Source: a virus
Length of the DNA: 64,000 nt
Strand: one strand, 5' to 3'
Virus record (IMG/VR): IMGVR_UViG_3300020048_000055
Location: 44,877-108,876 of that record
Positions 40,557 to 50,601 of the stretch are shown one piece after another. The translations under genes and the position numbers were made by a program. Within the stretch, counting starts at the first letter, position 1; each line of letters starts with the position of its first letter. The notes under the pieces were generated by a model that was not told the DNA's origin, did not search any database, and saw only the letters and a program-made list of their open reading frames with translations.

Positions 40557-41645
40557 TTAGAACGGGGATTTATTTCCTGAAACCAAGTCAAAATCTAAAC
40601 CATCTGAACTATCAATCAGAGATTTCCAATCAGAAGTACCTACGGATTCTTCAGTTCCTTCATCTTCAAAAGACTGACCATTATCATATCCTTCTCCATC
40701 ATCATCATCATCAAAATCAGGCTGTGGGTCTGGACCAAAATCATCGCCTACTCCATAAGTATCGTCACCTTCAAAGCTTTCAATTGTAGTATTGTCGATA
40801 GGTGCAGAAGAAGGTCTCTTTACCATTCTCTTCATTGGGTCAACTGGTGGCAAGTTCTGTTTATTTAAAGCACCAATAAGATCCGTATCATCATCGTCTT
40901 CACTGATAAGGTCGTCATTTTCAAGAATATCATTGAAGTCTAATGTTTTTGGTTCTGAGGGATTATTAGCCTTAGAAACTGATTTCCAATCTTCTACAGA
41001 ATCCTCACCATAGAATTCATCACTGTATTCATCATCATCAGAAACCTCATCGAATGAATACTCACCTGCATTATTATCCATAGAATACTCAGCATCCATA
41101 TCCTGACCAATTGCATCATCATCAAAGGTAAGTTCAAGGCTAAGTTTGTGTTGTTTTTCTTTTAGGGAGTTTGATTCACTAATTCGTTTTGACCTTGAAT
41201 CTTGTTTAAGATATTTATCAAGAATAGAATCTGCAAGAACTGCTGATTTTGGCCCAGTTGAAAGGTCTGGTGTAGTATTAATACCTGCATCAGAGGTCAT
41301 AACATCCCCAGAATCGCCACCTTGGTCGGTATTAATTGTGGGCTTTCCTCTTGAAACAATACTCTGAGAGCGAGTATCCTTGAGAGGTACAGAGTTTAGA
41401 TATTCCATAAGCTGATTAAGTGAGCTTTGGTCACTTCCATTTACAAGAGCATCTAAAATTTCAATGTCTTTTTTAATATTTAGTGGAATAACTCTTGCAA
41501 GCTCTCCATTAAATTGTAAGGCGTCTTTCGATAGAGCATCAAGAATGTCTATAGTTTTAAAAATAAAATCCTGCGCCTTTTCGAGAGAGTTAAATAATGA
41601 GTCTGTGTTTGCCATATTCTTTGTATTCCTTTTTTCAAAGACCAT
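40557..41645 (-). CDS. Highly acidic, likely disordered protein (possible prohead core component)
   Basis: D/E-rich C-terminal half, RISE-S and SLKE sites. The start may be MANTDS at 41615. Confidence 0.6.
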   Translation of the reverse strand: MVFEKRNTKNMANTDSLFNSLEKAQDFIFKTIDILDALSKDALQFNGELARVIPLNIKKDIEILDALVNGSDQSSLNQLMEYLNSVPLKDTRSQSIVSRGKPTINTDQGGDSGDVMTSDAGINTTPDLSTGPKSAVLADSILDKYLKQDSRSKRISESNSLKEKQHKLSLELTFDDDAIGQDMDAEYSMDNNAGEYSFDEVSDDDEYSDEFYGEDSVEDWKSVSKANNPSEPKTLDFNDILENDDLISEDDDDTDLIGALNKQNLPPVDPMKRMVKRPSSAPIDNTTIESFEGDDTYGVGDDFGPDPQPDFDDDDDGEGYDNGQSFEDEGTEESVGTSDWKSLIDSSDGLDFDLVSGNKSPF

Positions 41646-41705
41646 ACCCTAAAGTGAATATAGTCATAGCGTTTATTCTATTATTTATACCAAGTATAAA
41701 TCAAC

Positions 41706-42128
41706 TTAATTAGTTTCATTCTTTTCAAAACATTCAATTAGATTTAATTCTTCCTTGAGAACCCCAGTTCTTTTTAATATAAACTCTTTATTATTTAGTT
41801 GTATTAGTTTTTTAGAAGAAATTATCGCAATTTCAGATAAATCTTTAAGTTCTAATTCAAGCCTTTCCACCATAGAACTATACTTCTTCCGTATTTTCAA
41901 TTCTGTCTTATACATATCACACGTACAATCTTGATTAAACTCACCCTTCTCTCCAAAAGAACCCTCTAAAGGTTTACCACAATATACACATACAATCGTA
42001 TCGGGAAAAACTTCATCATCAAATCCATTCAAAAACAACGAAGAACTCGATGTAAGTGTCCCAACCTTTAAGTCAGATTCTAAAAAAGTTTCTATAGAAT
42101 TATTTAATACGTTTTCGGTTAATATCAT
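41706..42128 (-). CDS. Hypothetical protein with CxxC...CxC
   Basis: CVYCG...CTC. Confidence 0.6.
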   Translation of the reverse strand: MILTENVLNNSIETFLESDLKVGTLTSSSSLFLNGFDDEVFPDTIVCVYCGKPLEGSFGEKGEFNQDCTCDMYKTELKIRKKYSSMVERLELELKDLSEIAIISSKKLIQLNNKEFILKRTGVLKEELNLIECFEKNETN

Positions 42129-42633
42129 ATTTACTCCTTAAATCATTAGCTACAGACTGTTCACAGGGAGAACCCTTTTCTAAGTTTGTTAAAACACTAG
42201 GTTTATACTTTAACTTCAACATGGCTTCTATTCTCTTATAATCCTTTTTCATTCTAGGATACGTTAAAAAATTATCTAAGGCAAAATGTAAACCATAAAG
42301 ACTTGCTATACTTACACAGACTGAATTGATAGTTATAAACTCAACTGAATCTGGAGATATGTAAATAATCTTTAAGATGCTCAAAAATAAAATATATATT
42401 AGTGGAGGAATGATTAAAAAATCAAAACCCGAGTTATATTTTATATAGGGGCTTTTATAGATAAAAAAGAAATAGAGGTTTAACAGGAGAAAACTTATAA
42501 AAAAATAACAAAAAAGAATGTCAAGATTGTTTGTTTTTTGCAGGTTTACCGAGATAAATAATGACAGTATTGGAGCATAAAAAAGGTTAATCCAACCAAA
42601 CTTAGTCAACTTGAAAAATAATTTTAGGTTCAT
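42100..42633 (-). CDS. Multi-pass membrane protein
   Basis: About four hydrophobic segments, very AT-rich. Confidence 0.6.
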   Translation of the reverse strand: MNLKLFFKLTKFGWINLFYAPILSLFISVNLQKTNNLDILFCYFFISFLLLNLYFFFIYKSPYIKYNSGFDFLIIPPLIYILFLSILKIIYISPDSVEFITINSVCVSIASLYGLHFALDNFLTYPRMKKDYKRIEAMLKLKYKPSVLTNLEKGSPCEQSVANDLRSKYDINRKRIK

Positions 42634-42654
42634 AATATATTAGTTTTAAAATGA

Positions 42655-42681
42655 AAAAAGGAACAGATTTCTCTGTTCCTT
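42655..42681 (-). terminator. Intrinsic terminator after gam
   Basis: AAGGAACAGA-GAAA-TCTGTTCCTT plus T-tract. Confidence 0.8.
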
Positions 42682-42693
42682 GTAGGTTTAGTC

Positions 42694-43182
42694 TTAGTAC
42701 TTTATGTAGAAAACATCAACCCCTTCTACGATTTCGGCTTTCACCAGTTTCAAGGTGGCAGGAGGAAGATTCTTCACCACATCTTTGACGATTTCCTTCT
42801 TGATACGGACAGCACTGGTAAACCCATGTTTTTCCAGAAGAGCAATGGTCTTTTCCATATCCACTACCTTGAGCATATCAGGGTTTTTTCTGAATCCAAG
42901 CATGTATTTACCATATTCGATAAACCTTGCCTTTTTCGTGAAAAGGGTTTCCCGATTCTCAGTAACATAGGTTTCAACAGCATTCTGACGTGCCACGATA
43001 CTGGCTGTAAGGTCTTCAATTTGCTGTGCATACTGAGCACTGATTTCGTTCATCTTGAGAGCCATCTCAGAACGAATCTTGGTAAGCTCATCATTGGCTA
43101 CTTCCGCTTCCAGAAGAACATTCTCTATCGTTTTTTCAGTTACTTTGATCGCTTTTACTGCTTTTACTGCTTTGGTTCCCAT
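42694..43182 (-). CDS. gam: Mu Gam-like host-nuclease inhibitor (DNA-end-binding)
   Basis: Long N-terminal helix, YV.ENR..LF.KK......G...GFRK.P, VRIKKEI.KD, E....FYI. Confidence 0.8.
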   Translation of the reverse strand: MGTKAVKAVKAIKVTEKTIENVLLEAEVANDELTKIRSEMALKMNEISAQYAQQIEDLTASIVARQNAVETYVTENRETLFTKKARFIEYGKYMLGFRKNPDMLKVVDMEKTIALLEKHGFTSAVRIKKEIVKDVVKNLPPATLKLVKAEIVEGVDVFYIKY

Positions 43183-43214
43183 GTTTATCCCCTTTTTTAG
43201 TACCTTACATATAT

Positions 43215-43243
43215 AATATATAGGATATTTTCAAAAAGTTCAA
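43215..43243 (-). promoter_or_regulatory. Sigma70-type early promoter TTGAAC-N17-TATATT
   Basis: 25-bp block identical to 12010-12034. Confidence 0.75.
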
Positions 43244-43257
43244 AACTTTTTAACGAA

Positions 43258-43710
43258 TTAATAATCTTTTTTTTGCTGTAGTAAAATAAGGAATTCCGAG
43301 ATATTTCCCTCATATTTCTTTACTTTTTGTAAAGAATTTACAATATCGTTGAAAGAACTTACTAAGGCATCATAATAGTAGTTTTTTTGCTGTTCAGTCT
43401 CTTCTATTAATTGAGCCAATTCAATAACCCTCTGATTATCCGCTTTTGCAGAGTTTACATCATACGAAGCCATAGAATTTGAAAATACACCCGGTAAATT
43501 ATACGCATTTCCATATCCCGATTGTCCCGCCGAAACATACTTATCAAGTATAGCCTGATGCTCCAACTTCATATCAAGATGGTCATTAAGCGCATCATTG
43601 AATTGTTTCAAGTCTTGCTGTAATGCCTGTGTATTTAGGGATGCATTTTGTATACTATTTGTCAAAGCATTTTTTAATGCTTCTAAGGTCATCTTCTTTT
43701 TCTCTTCCAT
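43258..43710 (-). CDS. Helical/coiled-coil hypothetical protein
   Basis: Late motif at about 43737, AAGGA RBS. Confidence 0.65.
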   Translation of the reverse strand: MEEKKKMTLEALKNALTNSIQNASLNTQALQQDLKQFNDALNDHLDMKLEHQAILDKYVSAGQSGYGNAYNLPGVFSNSMASYDVNSAKADNQRVIELAQLIEETEQQKNYYYDALVSSFNDIVNSLQKVKKYEGNISEFLILLQQKKDY

Positions 43711-43764
43711 TTGGTATATTCCTTCTTATGAATTAGTTGTGTTTGATTGTATGGATGAAAAGCT

Positions 43765-45279
43765 CTAACAAGTAATTGTTCCCTCTACTATTGAAAGACT
43801 CTTAACATAGTCTCTTGTGAAAGTTTTTTCATTATCATAACAATAAAAGCTTCCTCCAACCTTTATAGGGCAACCTTCCAAGGAAGTTAATTTATTATTA
43901 TTGCAGGAAAAATCATATCCAACCCCTTGTGGGCACCCTTCCAAACTTATAAGTTTGTTAGAAAAGCACTTATAACTTCCACCTACTTGTATAGGACTTC
44001 CTATTAAACTTGTTAAGGAAGTATTAGAACAATTAAAATTCTCTGGAACTGTTTCAGGGCTTCCTTCTAAACTAGTGAGAAATTTAGAATACGAACAATC
44101 AAATCCCATCACCTTTTTAGGACTTCCAATTAAATTGATTATCTGAGTCTTTGTACAGTCAAAATCCCCTTCAACCTCCTGTGGACAACCCTCTAAGCTT
44201 GTTATCGGATTTGAATTACACCTGAAGTCTCTCCCTATTCTTTTTGGACTTCCTACTAAACTTGTAATATTATTTCTAGAACAATCAAAGTTTTCGGCAG
44301 GGGATGGACAATGCTCTAAAGAGGTTAAAAGATTGTCTGAACAGTAAAACCCTCCCTGTACACTTCTAGGACAATAAGCTAAACTTGTCAATTTATTATT
44401 AGAACAATCAAACTGTCTCTCCGTTAGTCTTGGTCCTCCAGATAAACTTGTAAGAACATTGCCAGAACAAGAAAAATATCCCCCTATAGTACCAAAGTTT
44501 ATTTTTCCAAATGACCTTAATCTCATATAAGAAATATCACAATCTCCATCAACATGTACAAATCCATCAGAATCTATGTGGAAGTCAATATCACGCTCTT
44601 TTAACATTTCTAAAGTCAAATCTACGGAAAAATCTCTGTTTATTTTCTTACCTAAAAGTTTAGCTTCTTCAATTGAAGTTTCAATAATCGATTCTTCTAT
44701 TATTCCATATAACCATTCTTCCTTGTAATCATCGTCCTTTTCATCAAAAATCTCAAGTTGACCCGTAGGGTAAATTGCTAAAGCTATTTTATTCCAAGAC
44801 TCTGTTTCAACCTTATTTATAAAATATATAAATGTTATACCTTGTTGAGTATAGTCTTTCCAGTACTTGTCAGTCTTCTGAAAGGCTGTACACCACTTCG
44901 CTTCAACTTTTCCTACATATTTTGACGCAATTAATTTACTCGCTTCATAATGAAATGGTACAATACCAATAATATTCTCATCCTCATAAGCTAAACCAAA
45001 ATCCGTACCTTCTAAAAGTCCTTGTAATCCATTTAATTTAACTTTATTTTTTCTTCCTGTCTTTGATTCGGTTTTCATTAAAACTTCAAAATCTGAATAT
45101 TTCAAATCCTTTATGTTGTTCCAATTAATTTCATTTTCTCTATTTGGGTGTTTAGCAAACCAGTCAATTACTTGGGATTTTTCATCCTCAGATAATTCTG
45201 GTATTTTTTTTATGAGGTGGTCTTTCTTCTCAAGCAAATGGGTAGCTTCATATATTTTCTCAAAATTATACATTTTCAA
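43765..45279 (-). CDS. KWCT-domain + 21-aa LRR protein (about 10 units), paralogue A
   Basis: Leader MYNFEKIYE-ATHLLE, EAKWCTA domain, FxCxxNxLTSLEGCPxxVxG repeats. Confidence 0.8.
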   Translation of the reverse strand: MKMYNFEKIYEATHLLEKKDHLIKKIPELSEDEKSQVIDWFAKHPNRENEINWNNIKDLKYSDFEVLMKTESKTGRKNKVKLNGLQGLLEGTDFGLAYEDENIIGIVPFHYEASKLIASKYVGKVEAKWCTAFQKTDKYWKDYTQQGITFIYFINKVETESWNKIALAIYPTGQLEIFDEKDDDYKEEWLYGIIEESIIETSIEEAKLLGKKINRDFSVDLTLEMLKERDIDFHIDSDGFVHVDGDCDISYMRLRSFGKINFGTIGGYFSCSGNVLTSLSGGPRLTERQFDCSNNKLTSLAYCPRSVQGGFYCSDNLLTSLEHCPSPAENFDCSRNNITSLVGSPKRIGRDFRCNSNPITSLEGCPQEVEGDFDCTKTQIINLIGSPKKVMGFDCSYSKFLTSLEGSPETVPENFNCSNTSLTSLIGSPIQVGGSYKCFSNKLISLEGCPQGVGYDFSCNNNKLTSLEGCPIKVGGSFYCYDNEKTFTRDYVKSLSIVEGTITC

Positions 45280-45291
45280 AGTCCTTTTTAC

Positions 45292-45876
45292 TTATTTAAG
45301 TCTTACATCAGAAGCAATAGTTTCAGCATACCCCATTATTTCTTTAGAAAGTTGTGCCAAATGCTTCGTAATATGAACCCCATTTGCTTGAGTATCGCTG
45401 TGGATAGCACTCCATTTTCCAGTGCCTTTAGGACCAGGAAACGTAAAGATTGAAAGGTTATTTTTAGCTAAATCTTCCCAATGACCTTGGTAATAGAACG
45501 AGGGGTCGTCGCTATATACTTTGCAATCTGAACTTTCTATTAGTAATTCTATTGTAGCTGTCTTATCCTCGAACGTCATTGCTTTCCAATCTACTATAGA
45601 AATTATCTCAGAAACTTTATAACATCTTACCGCAACAGTGTAGTATCCCGCCATTACAGGGAAAGGTGATTTGAATTGTGCTAAAGGTTGACCTTTCTTA
45701 AACGTAGAATATACAAGAAATACCATTTCTAATAAATCATTCTTAGTGTAAAAAGTAGCTGATTTGAAAGCCCAGCGATACTCCTCAGAGTATCGTATTT
45801 GGAGGTGTTTGTCAGTAAGTGAGGAAACACCATATTTACCCAAATCAACAAAACTAGTCTCTTCTATATGTTCCAT
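45292..45876 (-). CDS. Hypothetical protein with degenerate SWIM-like pattern
   Basis: KVYSDDPSFYYQG...ITKHL resembles CxCPxFxYxG...CKH with the Cys residues lost; leader MEHIEE. Confidence 0.55.
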   Translation of the reverse strand: MEHIEETSFVDLGKYGVSSLTDKHLQIRYSEEYRWAFKSATFYTKNDLLEMVFLVYSTFKKGQPLAQFKSPFPVMAGYYTVAVRCYKVSEIISIVDWKAMTFEDKTATIELLIESSDCKVYSDDPSFYYQGHWEDLAKNNLSIFTFPGPKGTGKWSAIHSDTQANGVHITKHLAQLSKEIMGYAETIASDVRLK

Positions 45877-47147
45877 ATACTTTTAATCTCCTCATTATAT
45901 TTTATTCGTACCAACTTAATGTTGTTATCTATACAATATTTAGTTTTTATTGAATCATTTTTTTGTGTTCCATAAAGCCTTTCTACTCCACCAAAGTAAT
46001 TAACGGGTAAAAAATGTTGTATCCCATCAAACTCTATTAAATAAGACAATTTTTCATTTTCAAATACAGCAAAGTCAAAAGGGAGAGGGAGTTTATTTCT
46101 ACATTCCTTAATTCTATATTGTTCAACAAATGTTGCATTAATATTCTGTAAGTGATTCCTAATTTCTTGTTCCCCTCTAGAGGACTTGCATTTAGGACAA
46201 CCTTTTCCATGTAAATGGCTGTTTGGAACTTGAAAAAAACTTCCATGTTCTAAACAACAAATCTCTACTTTTGATTTTGCATTTAAATAAGATACTTTAG
46301 AGTAATCATAGTTATCCTCATGTACTTTTTTAGCTTTCTCAATAAAGTCAAGGGTTGTTGAAGTTTGTTTCCCTGAACATATTAGACAACCTCTACCTTT
46401 TAAATGATTATCAACTGTTTGCCAAAAACTTCCATGTTCTTTACAAATAATTTCTACTTTTGATTTAGCTGTAATATATTCAACTTTAGAGTAATCAAAC
46501 TTTTCACCATGAACTTTTATTGCCTTAATTAAAAATTCCGACTTTGTAGATACTTGTCTCTTTGAACTTTGTTCTCCTGAACATATTAAACAACCATGAC
46601 CAGATAAATGACTGTTAGCAACTTGAGAAAACTCACCATGCTCAGGACAAATAATTTTCACTTTTGAGGATGCATTTGTATACTTTACAAGAGAATAATC
46701 ATATTTATCTCCATGAACTTCTATTGCTTTTGCTTTTGATATAAACTCCAGAGTTGTTGGACTGTACATCCCAGAACATTTTGAACACCCATTTCCACTT
46801 AAATGATTATAAGGGGATTGAAAGAAACTCCCATGTTTTTTACAAATAATATAAACTTTCGAATCCGTATTTTTATATTCAACTTTAGAGTAATCATATT
46901 TATCCCCATGAACCTTTATAGCTTTATCTATAAACTCAGAGGTCGTTGAGGTGTTACTTCCAGAACATATTCGACAACCACTTCCAGAAATATGGTGATC
47001 TGCACGTTGAAAAAAGCTTCCATGTTCTTTGCATATAATCTCAAGTTTTGATTTAGTATTAGTATAGTTAATATTAGAGTAATCATATTTTTCACCATGA
47101 ACTTTTATTGCTTTTTTTATAAAATCGTTTGTTTTTAACTGTTTCAT
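45864..47147 (-). CDS. DUF723-repeat Zn-finger + Vsr/DUF559-like endonuclease (putative homing endonuclease), copy B
   Basis: Five KVHGxKYDYS...IICxEHG.F.Q....HL.G.GC..C repeats, then SRGE, LPFDF, IEFDG.QH, D..K..YC. Confidence 0.8.
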   Translation of the reverse strand: MKQLKTNDFIKKAIKVHGEKYDYSNINYTNTKSKLEIICKEHGSFFQRADHHISGSGCRICSGSNTSTTSEFIDKAIKVHGDKYDYSKVEYKNTDSKVYIICKKHGSFFQSPYNHLSGNGCSKCSGMYSPTTLEFISKAKAIEVHGDKYDYSLVKYTNASSKVKIICPEHGEFSQVANSHLSGHGCLICSGEQSSKRQVSTKSEFLIKAIKVHGEKFDYSKVEYITAKSKVEIICKEHGSFWQTVDNHLKGRGCLICSGKQTSTTLDFIEKAKKVHEDNYDYSKVSYLNAKSKVEICCLEHGSFFQVPNSHLHGKGCPKCKSSRGEQEIRNHLQNINATFVEQYRIKECRNKLPLPFDFAVFENEKLSYLIEFDGIQHFLPVNYFGGVERLYGTQKNDSIKTKYCIDNNIKLVRIKYNEEIKSIWNI

Positions 47148-47176
47148 CTTTAATTAGTCAGGGATAGTTTAAAATA

Positions 47177-47203
47177 GAAAAAACCAGTATTTCTACTGGC
47201 TTT
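47177..47203 (-). terminator. Intrinsic terminator (duplicate of 48482-48508)
   Basis: CCAGTA-GAAA-TACTGG plus T-tract. Confidence 0.7.
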
Positions 47204-48452
47204 ATAATTTAATCTCCTCATCATATTTTATTCGTACCAACCTAATGTTGTTATCTATACAATATTTAGTTTTTATTGAGTCCCTCTCTTTAATTCTGTT
47301 AAATCCCTCTATTCCACCAAAATACGTTACTGGAACATAATGCTGTCTTCCATCAAACTCTATTAAATATGATAATTTCTCATTTTCAAATACAGCGAAG
47401 TCAAAAGGTAGGGTGTATTTATCTTTACACTCTTTAATCCTGTATTGTTCTACAAAACTTTCACCCTTATTCAGTAATAGACTTCTAATTTCTTGTTCCC
47501 CATGAGAGGAGTTACATTTAGGACAACCAACCCCCTCTAAATGATTACAAGATCTTTGAGTGAAAACTCCGTGTTCTTTACATACAATATCAACTTTAGA
47601 TATAGAATTTTTATATTCTACTAAGGAATAATCATATTTATTTTCATGAACTTTTTTCGCCTTTTCTATAAACTCCAAAGTAGTTAACTTCTGTTTCCCA
47701 GAACATGCCATACACCCTTTCCCAGATAAATGACTATTAGCAGTTTGAAAAAAGCTACCATGTTCTGGACAAACAATCTCAAGTTTTATTTTTGCATTTG
47801 TATAGTTAGCTCTGGAATAATCATATTTGTCCCCATGAACAAATTTTGCCCTTTCTTTGAACTCAAGGGTTGTTGGTTGTTTTGTTCCTGAACATTCGGG
47901 GCATTCATGCTTTGATACATGACTACTGGGTGTTTGTGAAAAAACTCCATGTTCAGGACAAATGATTTTCACTTTAGATGTTGAATTAATATAATCCACA
48001 AGAGAATAATCGTATTTATCTCCATGAACTTTTTTAGCTTTTTCTATAAACTCTGAAGTTGTTGATTTTTGATTTCCTGAACATTTAGGGCAACCTTGCC
48101 CACCTAAATGATTGTTGGGAGTTTGGGAAAAAACACCATGTTCAGGACAAATAATTTCAACTTTTAATCCCCTGTTAGTGTATTCAACTTTAGAGTAATC
48201 ATATTTTTCCTCATGAACTTTGACAGAATTATTTATAAAATCAAAGGTAGTAAGTTTCTTATTCCCTGAGCAGAGTAAACAGCCTTTTCCCATTAAGTGA
48301 TTCTTTGCTAATTGAAAAAAGCTACCATGTTCTTTACATATAATCTCAACCTTTAACCTTGACCCTATATATTCAACTTTAGAGTAATCATATTTTTCAC
48401 CGTGTACTTTAATTGCTTTTTTTATATAATCGTTTGTTTTTAACTGTTTCAT
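47202..48452 (-). CDS. DUF723-repeat Zn-finger + Vsr/DUF559-like endonuclease, copy A
   Basis: Same architecture as copy B and the same MKQLKTND start. Confidence 0.8.
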   Translation of the reverse strand: MKQLKTNDYIKKAIKVHGEKYDYSKVEYIGSRLKVEIICKEHGSFFQLAKNHLMGKGCLLCSGNKKLTTFDFINNSVKVHEEKYDYSKVEYTNRGLKVEIICPEHGVFSQTPNNHLGGQGCPKCSGNQKSTTSEFIEKAKKVHGDKYDYSLVDYINSTSKVKIICPEHGVFSQTPSSHVSKHECPECSGTKQPTTLEFKERAKFVHGDKYDYSRANYTNAKIKLEIVCPEHGSFFQTANSHLSGKGCMACSGKQKLTTLEFIEKAKKVHENKYDYSLVEYKNSISKVDIVCKEHGVFTQRSCNHLEGVGCPKCNSSHGEQEIRSLLLNKGESFVEQYRIKECKDKYTLPFDFAVFENEKLSYLIEFDGRQHYVPVTYFGGIEGFNRIKERDSIKTKYCIDNNIRLVRIKYDEEIKL

Positions 48453-48481
48453 TTTTAATTAGTAAGAGTTTGTTTAAAATA

Positions 48482-48508
48482 GAAAAAACCAGTATTTCTA
48501 CTGGCTTT
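48482..48508 (-). terminator. Intrinsic terminator after the tail tube gene
   Basis: CCAGTA-GAAA-TACTGG plus T-tract. Confidence 0.75.
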
Positions 48509-48525
48509 CATTAATCTAATTACTA

Positions 48526-49146
48526 TTAAGCTTTTACAAGACCCTGACCGTTCAAGAAGGGTTCGTGTTCATCATAATCGAATATGAAGTCTACTGTGTA
48601 AGTAAGTCTTTCAGAACCTTCACGTTTGAATTTTGGCTCTCCTACTTTTATTACATAGATATTACCATATTCCCAGGAAGCATTTGCATCTGAGGAAGAA
48701 GGTGAACCTGCGCCGAACAATGAACCATCCTCAGCTTTCCAATCAAGAGTTGAAGGGATATAAGCACCAGCTAAGGCTTTAACTTTTATATCACCCATCA
48801 CGGCGGCCCAGTTTGCTGAACCCCCAGTTACTGCATCAACTACTTGAGATTTCCAAATAGTGAACTGACCATAAAGGTTGTAAGAAGCGTCGAGGGAGAA
48901 GTTGATACTAAACTTCTTTTCCTGAACTACTTTCGGTTTAGGGCGATTAATTTCATTTCCATGATATTCTTTTTTATCTGTTTCGATACTTGATTCAGGA
49001 GGTTCAAAACCTTCTGCACGAACTGAAACTAACGAATGGGAATCTTCCCAAGGGAATCGTATCCAAATGTCATACATATTACTGTATGCGTCTGCTTTTG
49101 CGTTTACAAGAGCGTCAACTGCTCTATTTACTCCGGTTTTTGCCAT
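48526..49146 (-). CDS. Tail tube protein (T4 gp19-like)
   Basis: N.Y.I.I.P, P...IE....Y.G, F.INF..D....Y..F..W...V.D..TG, V.F.FD pattern; late promoter and AGGAG RBS. Confidence 0.7.
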   Translation of the reverse strand: MAKTGVNRAVDALVNAKADAYSNMYDIWIRFPWEDSHSLVSVRAEGFEPPESSIETDKKEYHGNEINRPKPKVVQEKKFSINFSLDASYNLYGQFTIWKSQVVDAVTGGSANWAAVMGDIKVKALAGAYIPSTLDWKAEDGSLFGAGSPSSSDANASWEYGNIYVIKVGEPKFKREGSERLTYTVDFIFDYDEHEPFLNGQGLVKA

Positions 49147-49190
49147 ATTACTCTTTCTCCTAATAATGTATAAATGATATCTTACTTTAA

Positions 49191-49283
49191 TTAGTTGCGT
49201 TCATTTTCATGATTAATAATAACAACCAATACTAAGTTAGTTGGAGGTTTTATGTTAAAAGAAATCTTTTCAAAATTATACAT
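49191..49283 (-). pseudogene. Truncated MYNFEKI-leader gene remnant (30 aa)
   Basis: GGAGG RBS, then ATGTATAATTTTGAAAAGATTT identical to the start of 49276..50538, then unrelated sequence. Confidence 0.45.
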
Positions 49284-50538
49284 ATATTCCTCCTTCTACA
49301 GAACATAAACTTTCCACTTGATTCTTAGTAAACTTTATTTCATTCCAAGAACAATCAAAATGCCCTCTAACTGATTGTGGACTTCCTTCCAAACTTGTCA
49401 ACTGATTATTATGACACTTAAAATACCCACCAACTGATCGTGGACTTCCAACCAAACTTTTCAACTGATTTTTAGAACAATCAAAATACCTACCAACTGT
49501 TTGTGGACATCCTTCCAAACTTGTCAACTTATTATAAGAACACTCAAAACTCCCACCAACTGATTGTGGACTTCCAAATAAACTTGTCAACTGATTTCTA
49601 TTACACTCAAAATACCCGCCAACTTCTTGTGGACTTCCTATTAAACTTGTCAACTGATTATTATGACAATCAAAATACCCACCAACTGATTGTGGACTTC
49701 CTTCCAAACTTGTCAACTGATTTTTAAAACAATCAAAATCCCCACCAACTGTTCCAAACTTTATTGTTCCAAACGATTTCAGGAATTTTTCATATAAATA
49801 ACAATCACCCTCAACGTTTACAAACCCTTGTGAGTCAACAGTGAAATCAATTCCCCACTCTTTCAATAATTCCAAAGTTAAATCTACAGAGAAATCTCGG
49901 TTTATTTTCTTACCTAAAAGTTTGGATTCTTCTACAGAAGTATCAATAATTGATTTTTCTATTTTTTCATATAACCATTCTTCATTGTAATTATCATCAT
50001 CTTCACTAAAAATCTCAAGTTGACCATCAGGGTAAATGGCTACTGCAATTTTATTCCATGAAGATTCTTCTTCATCCTTATTTATAAAATATATAAATGT
50101 TATACCTTGTTGAGTATATTCTTTCCAGTGCTGGTCTGTTTTCTGATATGCTGTACACCACTTTGCTTCAACTTTTCCAACATACTTGGAAGCAAGTAAT
50201 TTACTGGCTTCATAATGAAATGGAACAAGACCAATAATATTCTCATCCTCATAAGCCAATCCAAAATCAGTACCTTCTAGTAATCCCTGAAGTCCATTTA
50301 CCTTAACTTTATTTTTTCTTCCAGTCTTTGATTCGGTTTTCATTAAAACTTCAAAATCTGAGTATTTCAAATCATTTACATTATTCCAATTAATCTCATT
50401 TTCACGATTTGGATGTTTAGCAAACCAGTCAATTACCTTAGACTTTTCATCGTCTGAAAGCTCAGGAATCTTTTTAATGAGGTGGTCTTTCTTCTCAGTT
50501 AAATGTGTTGCTTCATAAATCTTTTCAAAATTATACAT
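49276..50538 (-). CDS. KWCT-domain + 21-aa LRR protein (6 units), paralogue B
   Basis: N-terminal half highly similar to 43765..45279, homogeneous 63-bp repeats. Confidence 0.8.
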   Translation of the reverse strand: MYNFEKIYEATHLTEKKDHLIKKIPELSDDEKSKVIDWFAKHPNRENEINWNNVNDLKYSDFEVLMKTESKTGRKNKVKVNGLQGLLEGTDFGLAYEDENIIGLVPFHYEASKLLASKYVGKVEAKWCTAYQKTDQHWKEYTQQGITFIYFINKDEEESSWNKIAVAIYPDGQLEIFSEDDDNYNEEWLYEKIEKSIIDTSVEESKLLGKKINRDFSVDLTLELLKEWGIDFTVDSQGFVNVEGDCYLYEKFLKSFGTIKFGTVGGDFDCFKNQLTSLEGSPQSVGGYFDCHNNQLTSLIGSPQEVGGYFECNRNQLTSLFGSPQSVGGSFECSYNKLTSLEGCPQTVGRYFDCSKNQLKSLVGSPRSVGGYFKCHNNQLTSLEGSPQSVRGHFDCSWNEIKFTKNQVESLCSVEGGIYV

Positions 50539-50601
50539 TTATATTTCCTTTAATATTTAAGTGAAATCAACCTCACCTAACTAAATTAGTTGGAGGTTTT
50601 T

